From positions 210,180,001 through 210,244,000 of the forward strand of contig OZ024741.1 in NCBI GenBank assembly GCA_964016885.1: DNA of 64,000 nt. The letters run 5' to 3'. This DNA comes from Eledone cirrhosa. Taxonomy: Eukaryota. Below are positions 40,011-54,598 of the stretch, in pieces (the stretch's first letter is position 1; every line of letters starts with the position of its first letter). The notes under the pieces were generated by a model. That model saw nothing but the letters and a program-made list of their open reading frames with translations, did no database searches and was not told the DNA's origin. A program made the translations under genes and the position numbers.

Positions 40011-40250
40011 TAGTTTCTACTTTTGGCACAAGGTCATCAATTACCCAGTACATTACTGGTATAATGCTTTCTTTATTAACCACAATGGTTTACTTAAAGT
40101 AGACATTAAGGACAGTACAGGACAATACAGGACGGTACAAATGGGCATGTCTGCGTGTAAAAAGCAAAACAGAGAATGTAACAAAAAATAACAATGAAAA
40201 ATTCTCCAATAGGGGGGAGACTTCCGAGAGACATTCGTGGAGAAAGCCCA

Positions 40251-43200
40251 TTAAAAAGCCACAGTGACCCTGACCACCAGGGCAAGTGCCCCCTCCCAGT
40301 TTTCCACCTTTAATTTACCTTTACTCAGAGTAGGCCCATTCACTCGGGCCATTCTTGCCTCTCTCACCCATCTTTCAACAAAATGCTGGGAGGAGAGCAC
40401 TTCCCTCTCTACCCTGATTTTTCTTTTCAAATGAAATTTGTAAAAGTTAATCAGGGCATCACCGAAGAGGTAAGTGCTCGTCTTCAGCCCTTTCAAACGT
40501 GTCCACCATACTATCTCTTTCATCATGGCTTCCAGACAGATAAAAATTGCCTGCCCTTCCCGGCTAAAGGAAGAGGGCGGGGCAATCCTCGCTATGGACT
40601 CAGCTAATAACTGGATCCGTCCCACACGCGACAGCAGGTGTTCGACATAAACCCACAAGTCAGCAATTCTCGGACACTGAACGAGTACGTGCAGGACGGT
40701 TTCGTTGCCCTGCGCGCATCTTGGACATGCCCGACTGACGGCACCTCCATGCCTGTAGAGTTTATCCCGAACTGGCAAACTCCTCGGTAACACTGCCAGG
40801 CCTGGGATTTGTGGAAGTTGTCCATAGGCCCCGGCCCGAAAGTTCTTCCGAAGAGATTGGCTAGTTGATTTTCGTCGACGCCTAGAGTTTCTCCAAGTAC
40901 GTCGTCGCTCTTCTCCTCCACTAATCCTCTATAGAACGCCAAGGTGGAGTTTCCACCGATCACATTGCTCTATTGGTCGAAGGCTGTGAGCGCCTGAAGA
41001 CATTCCAGTCTCCAAGCGCTTCCTTTCGGTCTTCGCTTCACCCAGGACTGCAGCTCCGTCACGGAGACGAGCTGGGGAAAGACGTGTCTAGCAAACGGCG
41101 ACCACACCTGATCACCGTCGATGAAGAGGTGGAGATGTCGTAGCCTGAGCGCGTGTCTGCGCATTATCAGTCACGGCATGCCCAGCCCTCCACGTAGCGG
41201 GTGTTGACAGCAGATGGACCGCCTGACCATCGGAGCGCGTCCCTTCCACAAAAAGCGAAAGAGCAAACGCTCCAGCGCAGTCAGGCGGGGCTTAGGACAA
41301 GGTACGACGGTCAGGCGGTAGTAGATGACGGACGCGATGTACGCGTTAGCCACCTCCACTCGACCTTTCAAGGATAGCCTCCTCTCCACCCATTTCTGGA
41401 TGAGAGAAGCCACCCTGCTCGTCACCTCGTCCCAGTTTTTGTCCGACTGGAGGTTCGGATCGAACCAGAACCCTAGCAATTTAACCGGTCCGTCCGTCCA
41501 GCGCCCGACGATGCTGTTGGCCGAGCTGGAGGCCCACTAACTTTTCCTGATTGCTCATTGCTTCTGTCACCGCTTCGTATTCTCTTAGTGTAGTGCCGAT
41601 CGCCTCGATGCGTTTGGCGTTCGACACCACTACGGTGACATCGTCCGCATATGCTGACACGGATCCCCGCATCCTAGTTCGGGCGGGACTCCCCTCAACG
41701 TCTCCAGTTTGTGCAGTAATGGCTCGAGAGTCAATACGTACAAGAGGGATGAGAGGGGACATCCTAGGCGGACCGAGCGCATGATGTTGAACGGTTCAGA
41801 AAGGTGAACGTTCACTCTTACCACAGAGCAGATGTCACTGTGCATGGCAGCGATCCAGCCTCTGAAGACGGGCCCAAAGCCAGCCGCCCTCAGGACTGCC
41901 GCTAGGTAACGATGGTCGACGCTATCGAAAGCTTTCGACTGATCTAAATTGATCAAGGACCCACCCGTGCCAGGTTCCCTAGCTACCCTCTACACGATGT
42001 ATCGCATTAGGTGGACGTTGACATGGATGGATCTGCCGGGAATGGCTCATGTCTGCGCCTCTCCCACCAGACCACCAGCTACAAGCGCCAACCTCTTTGC
42101 TAGCACCTTGGCCAAAATCATGAACTCTTTATTTAGCAGAGTTATGGGCCTGAAATTAGCTATGTTAACCCCCTTGTTCGGCTCCTTTCTCAGCAGCGCC
42201 ACCGCTCCTCGGCTCACAGAGCTGAGAATTCTCCCGTTCTGTTGCCAGTTGCAGTAGACGTCCGCCAAGAGGCCTCCGAACAAGTCTGGCATCTGTACGT
42301 AAAGTTCATAGGGCAGACCATCCAAACCTGGCGATTTACCCCTTGTGCAGCCAGTCAGTGCGTCCCGTACTTCAGCGGCTGTTATCGGCTTTTCGCAACA
42401 CTCCGCCTCAGTGGCCGAGAGCCGCGGCAGTCCGTCGAGGTAGACACTAAAGTCCACCCCTCGATCCGGCGAAGTGTCGCTGGAAAGCTTCACATATTTG
42501 CCCGGGATCGAGTAGCATGCGCCCGTCGTGGTCCACCAAAGACCGGATCGTGGCTTTGTTGCCACGACGCGCCTCCGCCACTCGGGCCCATTGAACGGCT
42601 TTCGTTCCCTCGTATCTAAGAGTACGCACCCTAGCTCTGACAACGCAGCCTTCGTGCTTTGCATTGAAGAATTGGTCAAGGGTCAATTTCGCCGCAAGTA
42701 TGTCGGTCGCGATGCCTTTGCTAAGCGCCTCGTCTAATTTTCTAACTAGTTCTCCCTCTGTTCTATTTTTCTCTATAGCTAAAGATTTACTAAACCTAAT
42801 TGACTCTATTCTAATCGCTCTTTTCAGAGCAATCCACCACTTGTTGTTGACGATGGCCCCCGCGAACGCCCGCTTAACTAGTTCGCTAATCCGGTCTCTG
42901 TAGGTCTAGCGCGCTGGTAAGGACGCGTTTAGCTTCCAGTAGCCGGGTCTTTGTCTATGAAGCCTATCTAAGTCAACCACACAGATCAGGAATTTGTGGT
43001 CCGTGTAGCTGACTATCTTGAATTGTGGACAGCCAATGCTAAACCTATCTATTTCCCTACAAAATACTCTATCTAGATATGATCTGGATGACCCTATGCG
43101 ATTTGTCCAAGTCCACATTGGCACATTCGGGAAATCCAATCGGTACCTGTCCGACAGTTCAAAACGCCTGAGCAGGTTGGTGAGGCTCTTGCACCCTCCT

Positions 43201-43690
43201 CCCCTATCTGCTAATCCCACACAGTCCCAGCGTGCATCTAAGATCCCGTTCCAGTCGCCCACTAACACTAAAGAGCGGGACGTTCCAAGAAAGGCCTCCA
43301 GACGCCGGAAGAAATCAGGCCGTCCTGCTCCTGTTGGGGCATAGACGGCCTGAAAGCTTGCCCGTCTCCGCTGGTCACGTGCAGCACCCCCAACTTACCT
43401 TCTGGGTCCAGGAAGATGGCCCGTATGGCGGGATCCAAACCTCTCCGAAAAAGCACAGCAACTCCTCCCTCCCCCGATCCAGGACGGCTGGGATATGCGT
43501 ACACATCGTAGCCGCCGAAGATCGGTGCGAAGGCCCGTGCTTCGGAGATTCTGGTCTCGCTGATGGCCACTACATCTATGTTTAGTGACCTGAGTTCGTT
43601 GAGCAGGTGGCCTTGTTTCCACGACAACCCCAAGCCACGCGCATTTATGCTGCCTATTCTGAAAAGGAGTGGAAAAGATGGGAAATACCA
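40251..43690 (-). pseudogene. Tx1-type ORF2 (APE-RT-zinc finger), disrupted
   Basis: At least 8 ORF fragments in changing frames, in the expected domain order. Confidence 0.88.
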
Positions 43691-43767
43691 CTTACCTTAC
43701 TTCTCGTAGAGGAAGGATGGTTTCTCCATCCTTTTCACTGCATTTGGCCTCCTCCGGAAGGATGTCC

Positions 43768-45361
43768 TTATAAATCCTCCTGGAGAGTGCTTCTCGGAAG
43801 TCTCCGATGTCTTTGGGGAATTTTTGTTTTAGTGTCGTGTACGTTTTCTGTGTGATGCGAGTGATTTGTATGTGTGGGAGTGGTGTGAACTTTTGGGGGT
43901 GTTGTGTAGTCTTTTTCTGTGATGTTGGTGTTGTGTTGGATGTAGTGTAATAATTGGTTGTTCAAATTTAATGCTGTGTAGTGTGTATCGTTTTGGTTGT
44001 TTTGTTTTGTTTGCGTTTGTTGTGGGTTTGTTTCTGTTTCGCTTTTTGGTGACTTTTGTGGTGTTGGCGATGGTGGTGTTGGAGTTAATGATGGTGATGG
44101 TGTTTGTGTTTGTGGTCTCCAGTTGCCATAGGTCGGGGAGTGGAAAATCCTCCACAGGCGTTGGTTTTGGTTGTGGCGTGGTGGCTGGTGGAGGCGCTGG
44201 TGCCAGTTATGGCGCGATGGGTGTTGGTGGTGTTGTTTTGCTACTGTTGCTGGGGTTGTTGCTGCCATTTCTGCTGCTGGTGGTGTTGATGGTTGAGTCA
44301 CTGGGGTGGGTAAGAGAGGTGGCCTCAACTTTTTAGCCTGAGGGCAGAAAGCCTTTAGGTGGGTTCCTTCACCACAAACGACACACCTACGTCTTCTACC
44401 CTCGACGATTACGGTGAGGTGGCTGCCGTCAGTGAGGTCTATTACCTCTGGGATTTCCTCAATGCTTTTTTGGTCCGCTTGGATCAGGAGCTCCATCCTA
44501 GATCCAGACCAGTTCTCCTGCTTTTCTTTTGATATTTCAAAGCCATTAGCCAGGGAATATCGATGGCCGGTGGAACGTGGGTCACCCTGATCTTCACGAG
44601 TCTCTGGCCACAATAGCTTGGTACGAGTGTGAAGTCTTCGCTTCTTAATGGGGTCATGGAGTGGTGTTCCAAAGAACACGTCCACAGTTCCATATTTCTG
44701 CACACGTCTGATGTGCGCTTTTTTCGCCCACACATGTCCCAAAGCTTTTTGCATTTGGGACTCGGATGCCCGCTCCACTCGGCGCGATTTTCTGTTAATC
44801 ATCCGATAAAACACTGTGCATAAGCGCCGATGCTCCATTTTATTAGGGGCGGGCGGAGGTGAGGCTGACACTGTACCCATCTTTCTTTACCATTCTCTTG
44901 GCTTCATTTAATTCCTCCTGAGTTACCTTGATTGATTCGTATTTCTTGGCTGCTTTGGCAAATGGCACATTTGCGGTGGTGTTCATGTTTTTGTTGTTGC
45001 TGTTGTTGTTATTGTTATTTTTGTTATTGTTATTTTTAGTTTCAGTTGTGGTGGTGGTGGCGTCAGTGGTGTTCGGTGTGGCAGAGTCGATTCTGGGTGA
45101 ACCCATTTCGATGTCACGAGATAATTTATTTTTTTCTTTTGTTTCTGTTGTCGCTGTGGTGGTGTTGGGGCTGGCGGCTTTAACACCTGCAGTTTTTAGT
45201 AATGGAGGGAAATGAATGTCTGCATGAGGCAAATTTAAATTATTGCTACTGCTTATATTTTTAGTGTTGGCAAACGTAGTAATATTTTCAATGGTGGTGT
45301 TGGTGTGAGGTGTTAGTTTGTGAGGAAGGCTGTCAGCTTGGTGTGGCTGTGAGTCGTCCAT
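43768..45361 (-). pseudogene. Tx1-type ORF1 (gag-like, CCHC knuckle), disrupted
   Basis: CX2CX4HX4C motif preceded by VIVEGRRRR; lies upstream of ORF2. Confidence 0.7.
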
Positions 45362-45575
45362 GATTTTTTCAAATAAATATTTTGTTTGATAATTATAAAA
45401 GTTTAAATTTTGGACTCAAGGCCCCAATCTTTTTGAGTGTCCTTTTCCGAAAGCAATATATGTGAACTTATAAACACTTAACAACAACAATTTTCCATAA
45501 ATGGCAATTTGAAACAACTGAAAACAACAAACCTTTGCGGAGCTCACGATAATACGATTTCCTACCTTGGTCGCC

Positions 45576-45633
<58 letters not shown>

Positions 45634-45759
45634 TGTAATGCACTGGGTGATTGCTGGCCTTGTGCCTGGAGTGGAGACACTTATTAATAATTTCATTCTT
45701 AAGCCACGCAATGCTCACATTAAGGAACCACTCATGATAATAACAATTTAAAAAAAACA

Positions 45760-48700
45760 ACAAAAAGAAAACCCGGTGACCAAGAAATACCGGGATGGCG
45801 GCCGGCGGGGAATAGCCGTGTCTCTAGGGGAGAACGACCCCTCTAGTCTTGGTTGACACTCGTTCTAGAAGTGGTAACACGAAATGATTACCCCTTGGCG
45901 GATAAGGATAAAACGCGACAAAATAAAGTAAATGTCTAATGATAAAATCTCATACCGGATCGGCCGTCACCCGGGTAAAAAAGGGCCGCGTCCCTCAGAG
46001 AGGAACCAGACTGGGGTCGAAAAATCAGCTAATGGTTCAAACCTTCCCATCACTTCGGAGCTGGAGACCTCCCATAACCGGAATACTCCTACTGTTGGCC
46101 CTCCATGCTCACCACAAAGAAATCCAAAGAAAAAGAGAGAAAAATGGTCAAGGGAAGATAATAAAGAAGTCCTTGAGGCTTTCTACACTGCCATGTACTA
46201 CCCATCAAATACATCGAATACAGAACAGACATATATCAACTGGAAAAAGAAACATCCCGAAAACAGAGGCTATATTGACAGTAACAAACTAGCCAATATA
46301 CGAAGAAATATTGTAAGAAAAAAGTTACTAACTGATATAGAAATTGATCAGATCAAGCTATTAGCACAAAGTCAGCGAAGGGAAAATGAAACATGTGTCA
46401 GTGAAAACGAGATAAACTGTAACACTTCGAATCCCAGGGTTGGGGCGGAATCACTGGCAACAGAACAAATTAAAGAAAGGATCGAAACTCCAAATGAAAA
46501 TAATGAGATCGTAAATGATAAAGAAATGAATGAGAATGAACTTGCCAACTTGAAGGATGAAATTATGATAGAATGGATGAAAATGAAAGAATCTGACATG
46601 GGGCAACGAGACACCCTCCCTAAGATCCAGAACTCCAAACAGAACCAAAAGATAATACACAAGACTAACATAATTCTCAAAAACATTATCATCACAAACA
46701 AACTAAACATTACTGATTTAAATCATCTCTATTATGCATCGGCTAAAGTCACCACTCACTTATGTGGAGTGAAGATGAAAAAACAAAGGAATTCCCACAA
46801 GAAATCTACTTGGCAAGAGAACATCAATCGCCAAATAAACCTTCTCCGATCTGACATAGAAATTTTAACAAACTATAAAGTAGGCTTAGAAAATTGAAAA
46901 AAAAGTACAGTATAAAATCAACATGTGACATAGACATGCTGATAGAAATAATCAAGCAAAAAGTGTCGGCCAAAACTGCTCGTATAAGGCGCTTTGAAAA
47001 ACGATCTAGATAAGGACAATAATATGTTCAAAAACAACCAAAGAAACTTCTACAGAAAAATTGGTAAGTCAACAATAACTGCTAAATCAATACCACCCAA
47101 GGAGGAAGTGCAAGCATTCTGGGAAAAGATCTGGGCCGAAGAAAAAGTTCATAACATACATGCCCCATGGATAGACAGACAAATGAAAGATACAGCTCAC
47201 CTTGAGGAACAAACATGGGAAAATATAACAGTTGAACAGTTGCGCTTGGCTCTAAGAAAAACCAGCAAATGGAAATCCCCAGGAACAAAATACAAAAATA
47301 CAAAACTTTTGGATAAATGCCTTCACAGAGTCTCATGAGCTGTTAGCCCAACTTTACAATGAAATAGTTAAGGAGCCAGAAAAGATACCTTCATGGCTAG
47401 TTAACGGCATTACATTCCTGCTCCCGAAGAATGATGAGACAAACAATCCCAAAAATTACAGACCGATAACTTGCTTGACCACAATGTATAACATTTTAAC
47501 ATCAGTCCTAACTGAATACACATATGACCACCTGATAACAAATGACCTATTTCCCATTGAGCAGAAAGGGTGTAAACGAGGCTCATATGGCTGTAAGGAT
47601 CAGCTTCTGGTTAACAAAATGATACTGGAAGATTGTCATAATAGACACAAAAATCTATCGATTGCTTGGATAGATTATAAAAAAGCATTCGATAGTTTGC
47701 CACACAGTTGGAGTGAAAAATGTTTAGAGATTTTCAAAATATCCCCCGTTGTCAGGAGGTTTTTGTCATTCAGTATGAAGACATGGAAAACGACACTCCT
47801 TTTGAATAGTGAAACAAAATCACTGGAAGCTGGAGAAGTTAATATTAATTGTGGAATTTTTCAGGGTGACTCTTTATCACCGCTTTTATTCTGCATCGCA
47901 CTTATACCATTAAGTAAAATGCTCAATGAAACAAAACATGGATATAAAGTCTATGACAAAACCATTAATCACCTGTTCTACATGGATGACCTGAAACTAT
48001 TTGCAAAAAATGATGAACAATTGCAAGGGCTATTATCCACTGTGAAGCAGTTCAGTGATGACATTAAAATGGAGTTTGGACTAGATAAATGCGCCAAAGC
48101 AACTTCACCAGAGGAAAGCTGCTGAAGAGTTCAGACATTAATCTTGATCGGGGGAACGTGATAAGAGAACTTGATCAAGAAAAAACTTACAAATATCTAG
48201 GTGTTTGTGAAGGAGACGGAATCAAGCACTCGACAATGAGGGAAAGGATAAGGAAGGAATGTTACCGCAGAGTAAGAGCAATCTTAAGAACGGAATTGAA
48301 TGCAAGGAATAGGATCGATGCCATAAACACGCTTGCCATACCAGTAGTAACCTACAGTTACAATGTCATCAACTGGTCAAGCACAGAGATCCGTAGGCTC
48401 GATACAAAAATTCGAAAATTCTTAACCATGCACAGAATGCATCACCCTAAGGCAGATATAGATAGAATATATCTCCCTAGGAAAGAAGGAGGACGTGGGT
48501 TAATCCAGTTAGACATTGCGTTGAAAACTGCAACAATTGGATTATCTACATATCTAAGGGAATCACATGATTGGATGATCAAACTCGTTTTGAAACACGA
48601 AAGCATCAAAAGATCATATTCCATTACAAAAGATGCACAAAGATACAGTAATGGACTACAAATTTCAGAAGTCCCATTTACTGCTGAAATGGAAAACACA

Positions 48701-49652
48701 GAAAAAGCAAAGCAGGTAAAAGTAACTGCAAAGAAAGAACTGCTACAGAAACTGGCTAAGAAATGGCAAGAAAAGCCTCTGTATGGAAAATACCCAGAGC
48801 GAGCTAACAATCCTGATGTTGACAAAACTTTAACCCATCAGTGGTTGGCATCCTCTGGACTGAAATCGGAGACTGAAGGACTGATTATATCCGCACAAAA
48901 AATTACCAAGCCAACATAATAAAAAATGGGTGCAGCCCATTATGCCGTGTATGCAAAAAACAACCAGAGACCATTGACCATATAATTTCAATGTGCAGTC
49001 CTATAGCTCCAACCGAATACCTAAACAGGCATGACAGAGCTGCACAATACATACATTGGATAATGTGTAAGCATTTTGACCTGCCCCATCAAAAGAATTG
49101 GTGGGAGCATCAACCACCTCCCATACTTGAAAAAGATCACATCTCAATCTTGTGGAACTTTAGCATCCAAACAGACCGAAAAATAGATGCAAATAGACCT
49201 GATATAAAATTGAAGGACTTTCAAAAGAGGGTATGCCTGCTAATTGATATGTCTGTTCCAATAGACAAGAATGTATCTATAAAAACATTTGAAAAATTGA
49301 GCAAGTATAAGGACCTGGAGATAGAAATTGGAAAAATGTGGAAATTGAGAACTAAAACAATACCAGTGGTTGTAGGCGCTCTGGGAATGATACCTAAGGC
49401 GTCTAATGACTACTTATCGCAAATCCCAGGAAACCCGCGTATAGGAGAAATACAAAAGATAGTACTAATGGGAACTGCCCATATACTAAGGAAGATTCTG
49501 TCAATATAAGTACATCACAAGTTTAAACACTAAAGATGCATGTGTGAATATGTATGTTCTTTCTTGAACATGGCGGACCTTGTTGTCTCTTGAGGTCACT
49601 GGTTGTGACTTGGTGATAACTCGTATGAACATAAAGCAAGATAAATGCAACT

Positions 49653-49689
<37 letters not shown>

Positions 49690-49710
49690 TAATAATAATA
49701 ATAATAATAA
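45760..49710 (+). mobile_element. Near full-length R4/Dong-clade non-LTR retrotransposon ending in (TAA)n
   Basis: N-terminal KREKWSREDNKEVLEAFY; RT EQKGCKRGSYGCKDQL, GIFQGDSLSPLLF, HLFYMDDLKL; CRVC...HIISMC knuckle, RHD; REL domain NRPDI...LIDMSVP...EKLSKY; (TAA)n at 49654-49710 fits the known Dong target preference. Confidence 0.92.
45932..49509 (+). pseudogene. R4/Dong RT-REL polyprotein broken by several frameshifts
   Basis: Five consecutive ORF pieces (45932, 46994, 47475, 48089, 48991). Confidence 0.9.
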
Positions 49711-49734
49711 GAAGAAGAAGAAAATACAGAGTTT

Positions 49735-49860
49735 CCATTAGTTGTGGTACTTTATTTATCGGCCATAAAATGATAAATGACAAAGGTGACCTCAGCGGGA
49801 TATTGATGGAATGAATACCGCCAAGCATTCTATGTATCAACTTAACGATTCTAGTATTTC
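49735..49860 (-). mobile_element. SINE, diverged
   Basis: tggtactttatttatcgg...aaaggtgacctcagcggga. Confidence 0.6.
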
Positions 49861-49943
49861 ATCACACAATTCAAATACTGCCGTGGATACAGATCACACA
49901 TAGATATCCTCATTTCACTGGATCTAAATACAATACAAGGATT

Positions 49944-50246
49944 CAGGGCCGGATTTAGAACTTGGGGGCTCCGGGGCACTAAAAATTTGGGAGGCCCCTG
50001 AAACACAAAAGTTAGAATCACAGCAAATCTTCAATTTTACATATCAAAGTAAGCTTGGCGCAGGTAATTGGAATTGACAAGTTACAATACATACAGGTAT
50101 TAAATTAAAAACAATCTAACCATCCTAAAACTAAAATGCTCATCAGAAGGTACAAATAAATATCTATGGCTGTCGCTGGTGGAGTTTTCCACTGCAGGGC
50201 GCCCGGAGCAATTGCCATCTTTGTCCCCTTATCAAATCCGGTTCTG
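49944..50246. mobile_element. hAT-like MITE
   Basis: TIRs CAGGGCCGGATTT / AAATCCGGTTCTG; flanking 8-mers caaggatt and ggaggatt (degenerate 8-bp TSD). Confidence 0.75.
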
Positions 50247-50414
50247 GGAGGATTGAGTTTACCTCACTTCATACTGTAGTCCCTGAGAAAGTATCTGTTG
50301 TACTTAACGAACCAGTCTCTGTGTATGAGAAAGTATGTTGATCAACGATAATGATTTAAAATCAGGAAGAAGGGATCACACTTGAGGGTGGAGCCCCATG
50401 ATATGGAATTGTTG

Positions 50415-50800
50415 ATGATTTAGGCACAAGGCCTAAATTGACTCTATAAGGATGAAAGCCAAAGTTAACCTCGGCGGGATTTGAACACAGGAAGTAAAGA
50501 GCCGTAACTCTATGTCGTGAAGCATGGTATCCGTCGCTCGACTGATACTCCCAATCCACAGCTTAATAATTGTTTCTACTTTTGGCACAAGGCCAGCAAT
50601 TATCCAGTGCATTACTGGTACTTTATTTTATCGACCTCGTAAGGATGAAAGGCAAAGTTGACCTTGACGGGACTTGAACTCAGATCGTAAAGGGACGTAA
50701 CTATGCGGGAAAGCATGGCGTCCGACCCTCTACCGATACTGCCAATTCACCGCTTAATAATGATTTCTACTTTAGGCACAAAGCCAGCAATTTTGGGAGA
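50415..50800 (-). mobile_element. Head-to-tail array of SINE copies (two near-complete, one 3' stub)
   Basis: Repeated ggcacaa...ggatgaaag...ttgaac...gccaattcaccgc modules. Confidence 0.85.
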
Positions 50801-51334
50801 GAGGAAAGTCTTTAGAAATAGTTTAAGAGAATAGTTAATAGGAGAGAGATATATGGATATAGATATGTGTTGTTATGAATGCTAATAGTTGTTTGTGTAT
50901 TGTATCACAGAGAGCAACCGAAGCAGTCCAAGGGAATGTTGTGGCATCATAAGGCATTACGACGTTTTTTGTTATATAATTTATTTACAAAGATGAGAAG
51001 TTGAGTTACCTGTGATGAAATGTCATAAGAAATGAAATAAAACAAATTAAGATGCTGTAAATTTAAACGCGGTCAGATGGCTGAAGTAAGAGGCCAAGCC
51101 ACGGAGAATTCCGGTAGCTACATTTTGGAAAGTTTGTTGAGCAAAATCAAGAGATGTTTACCTTCTGGTGTCTAGATGCAAGAGAGAGTTTTTCGAAAAG
51201 AAGCGGGAATTTTTCCCTCTGGGCGGAAGTCAAGATACATATCCCTACGCTGGTAGCGATTGGCTGAACTGAACCAAACAACGTATGGAGAATGTATCCA
51301 TGAGCCCTCAGAATGTAGGTCACGACAAGTCAAT

Positions 51335-51730
51335 TAAATCAACCCCAGTGTGTTACTGGTAATTTATTTTATCGACCTCGTAAGGAAGAAAGGCAAAGCT
51401 AACCTCGTCGAGATTTGAACACCAAATGTAAAGTGCCGTAACTCTATGCCGCTAAGTATAGTGTCCGATGCTCTTCCGATTACTGCTATTCCATAGCTTA
51501 ATAATGAGGAAGTTAGGTACACTGCTAAATGCCTCAATGATTTTTGGGCAGTATCGGTAGAGGGTCGGACGCCATGCTTTGCAGCATAGAGTTACGGCCC
51601 TTTATGGTCTGAGTTCAAATCCCGCCGAGGTTAACTTTGCCTTTCATCCTAACGGGGTCGATAAAATAAAGTACCAGTAATACCCTAGGATAATTGCTGG
51701 CCTTGTGCCAAAAGTAGAAACAATTATTTT
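51335..51730. mobile_element. Two head-to-head SINE copies (51335-51505 minus, 51545-51730 plus)
   Basis: B-box gagttcaaatccc, tttgcctttcatcc...gtcgataaaataaagtaccagt and its reverse complement. Confidence 0.85.
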
Positions 51731-52149
51731 ATAATGATTTGAAAGCATATGCAGTGTTTTCCATCAGAAATATGATAATGAAATAGACAAACATATGTGT
51801 AATGGATGGATGAGGGGTGATGGGATGTTAAACAAAACAGCAAGGTGAAAGAGAAACGGTTCGATCTATCGATTATGATATACACATGTCACACACGTTG
51901 AACTTAGCATTAGTTTAACACAACGTTTCCAGTTAACCAAGTTCTAGTATTTTCCCTACACAAGGGAATTAATTCATGTGAAAATATGCTTCTATTTATA
52001 AATGTTTCTCTCTAGATAACTGGAGCACGTATTAAGATATTTCATATACTACATATAGATTTGTACTGACTGCTGTATGTATGTATGTGTGTGTGTATGT
52101 ATGCATGTATGTATGTATGTATACATGTGTGTATGTATGTGTGTAGGTG

Positions 52150-52181
<32 letters not shown>

Positions 52182-52641
52182 TGTATGTATGTATGTATGT
52201 ATGTATGTATTTATCTATGTATGTATGTATGTATGTATGTATGTATGTATGTGTATAAGTATGCATGTATGTATGTATGCATGTATGAATGTATGTATGT
52301 ATATATGTATGTATGTATGTCATATGCATATATGAATGTATGTATATATTGTATATAAGTATCCATGTATGTATGTATGTATATATGCATGTATGTATCT
52401 CGTATGAATATACGCATGTATGCATGTTGTATGCGTGTATGTATGTATATATATGAATGTATATATGTATGTTTGGATGTATGTATGAATGTATGTATGC
52501 ATGTATGTATGTTACATGCATGTATGAATGTATGTATGTATGTATATATGTATGGATGTATGCATATATGCATCTGTTGGTTATAGATAGATATATATGA
52601 TGATTTTTCCCGAATGAAGCAGTTCTAGTCCTGTAGAAGAC

Positions 52642-52702
<61 letters not shown>

Positions 52703-52988
52703 CGCAAGTGTGTATGTGTGTGCAGGTCTAGAGCATCTGTTCATGTGAAATATGAATATATATATATATGTGTGTGTGTATGTGTATATGCACGTGTGCG
52801 CGTACATGTGTGTGTGTGTGTGTGTGTATGTGCACGTATGTGTATGAAGTGTGTGTATGTCTGTGTGTCTGTGTCTGTGTGTCATTTGTATGTAAATCTT
52901 TATCCTATAACCACTGTTGTCATTCTCTTAAATAAGATAGATTTTTACAATGAGTATATATAGTCAGGTGTATATATATATAGGCAGG

Positions 52989-53035
<47 letters not shown>

Positions 53036-53146
53036 TTTACTGCCGTATATAGTCACATAAAATTATATATAATTTTATCCTTGTCTATATATCCTTGTCG
53101 TATATACATTTATATACTTTTGTATGAATCAATATAGTTGTATATA

Positions 53147-53192
<46 letters not shown>

Positions 53193-53603
53193 GTCATATA
53201 TAGTTTGTTATAGACTTTATAGTTATTCAAACCATAAACATGGATATATATATTCACATTAACCAATCAATAAAAATCCTCTACGCTTATTCCTGTGCTC
53301 TTCCGAGCGTATAGTAATAAGGCTGAGAATAACTTACTCCCCTTTGCTTGTACAGCACTCTTTTGTCGCTGTTGCTGTTTTTTTACTTTCATTTGTCAAA
53401 ATGGTTGAAGACATTTTTACTCTACTTTGCTATTTGTCTCAGCCAATTCCTTTTTATGTGGAGGCTTTATTCGGATTTTATAACATTGAAAATCTGCAAT
53501 CTTGCCTCACCAGGCCTCTATACTGTTCTGATACAGTTATTGTTATTGTTAGCTTAGCCCGTTCCTTTGCACTTAATATATCCTCCTTCCGTATATATAT
53601 ATA

Positions 53604-53701
<98 letters not shown>

Positions 53702-54459
53702 ACATATATATATTTATATATATATATATAAATATATATAGGAATATACAATATATACATATATATATAATATATATATACATAAATATATACACACACA
53801 CACAAGTATATATATGATATATATATGATATATATATAGATATTATATATATATATATAAATATATATAATATATATATATATCGAATGTATATATATAT
53901 ACATTCGATATATATATATGTATATTTGATTTTGGTTTTTGAATTTTCGTTGCTGCTGTCGTTGTTTTTATTGTTGACTTACCCCTTACCTCCTCCTGTA
54001 CTTTTTTTTTTATTCTTTCTTTTGGCGGCCATTTTTAATCACTCAATTTCTGGAAGAGATAATTGCGGTCGGTCTCTCGTCTTCTAAAAAATTTTACACT
54101 TGCATTGAGTGACGGACTTTAATTCTTCTGTCGCTTGGATATTAGCGTTGCATGGAAACTAATGCAGGGAGCCTAGCAAATAAAGAGGAGAGAAAAGAAA
54201 GAGTTTCCAACCCGTGTAATTCGTTCAATATTGTCGAAAATCCGACAAGAATATTTGCCCAGTGTATGGCAATAGAAGTAATGTATGTATGTATGTATGT
54301 ATGTATGTATGTATGTATGTATGTATGTATGTATGTATGTATGTATGTATGTATGTATGTATGTATGTATGTATTTGTGTGTGTATGTATGTATGTATGT
54401 ATGTATGTATGTATGTGTGTATGTATGTGTGCACGTGTGTGTATGTGTATGTATGTATG

Positions 54460-54493
<34 letters not shown>

Positions 54494-54566
54494 TGTATGT
54501 GTGTATGTATGTATGTGTGTGTGTGTGTGTATGCATGTGTGTGTGTGTGTATGTATGTGTGTATGA

Positions 54567-54598
<32 letters not shown>

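Larger units (their letters stand above)
40062..45575 (-). mobile_element. Near full-length Tx1/L1-clade LINE, multiply frameshifted
   Basis: ORF1 region with zinc knuckle CVVCGEGTHLKAFC; ORF2 pieces: DVVAISET, GDWNGILD, SYLDRVF, TDHK, GYWKLN, GKSPGLDGLPYE, NFRPITLLN, LDQSKAFD, AYADDVT, CPRCAQGNETVLHVLVQCP; AATAAA near the 3' end. Confidence 0.9.
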
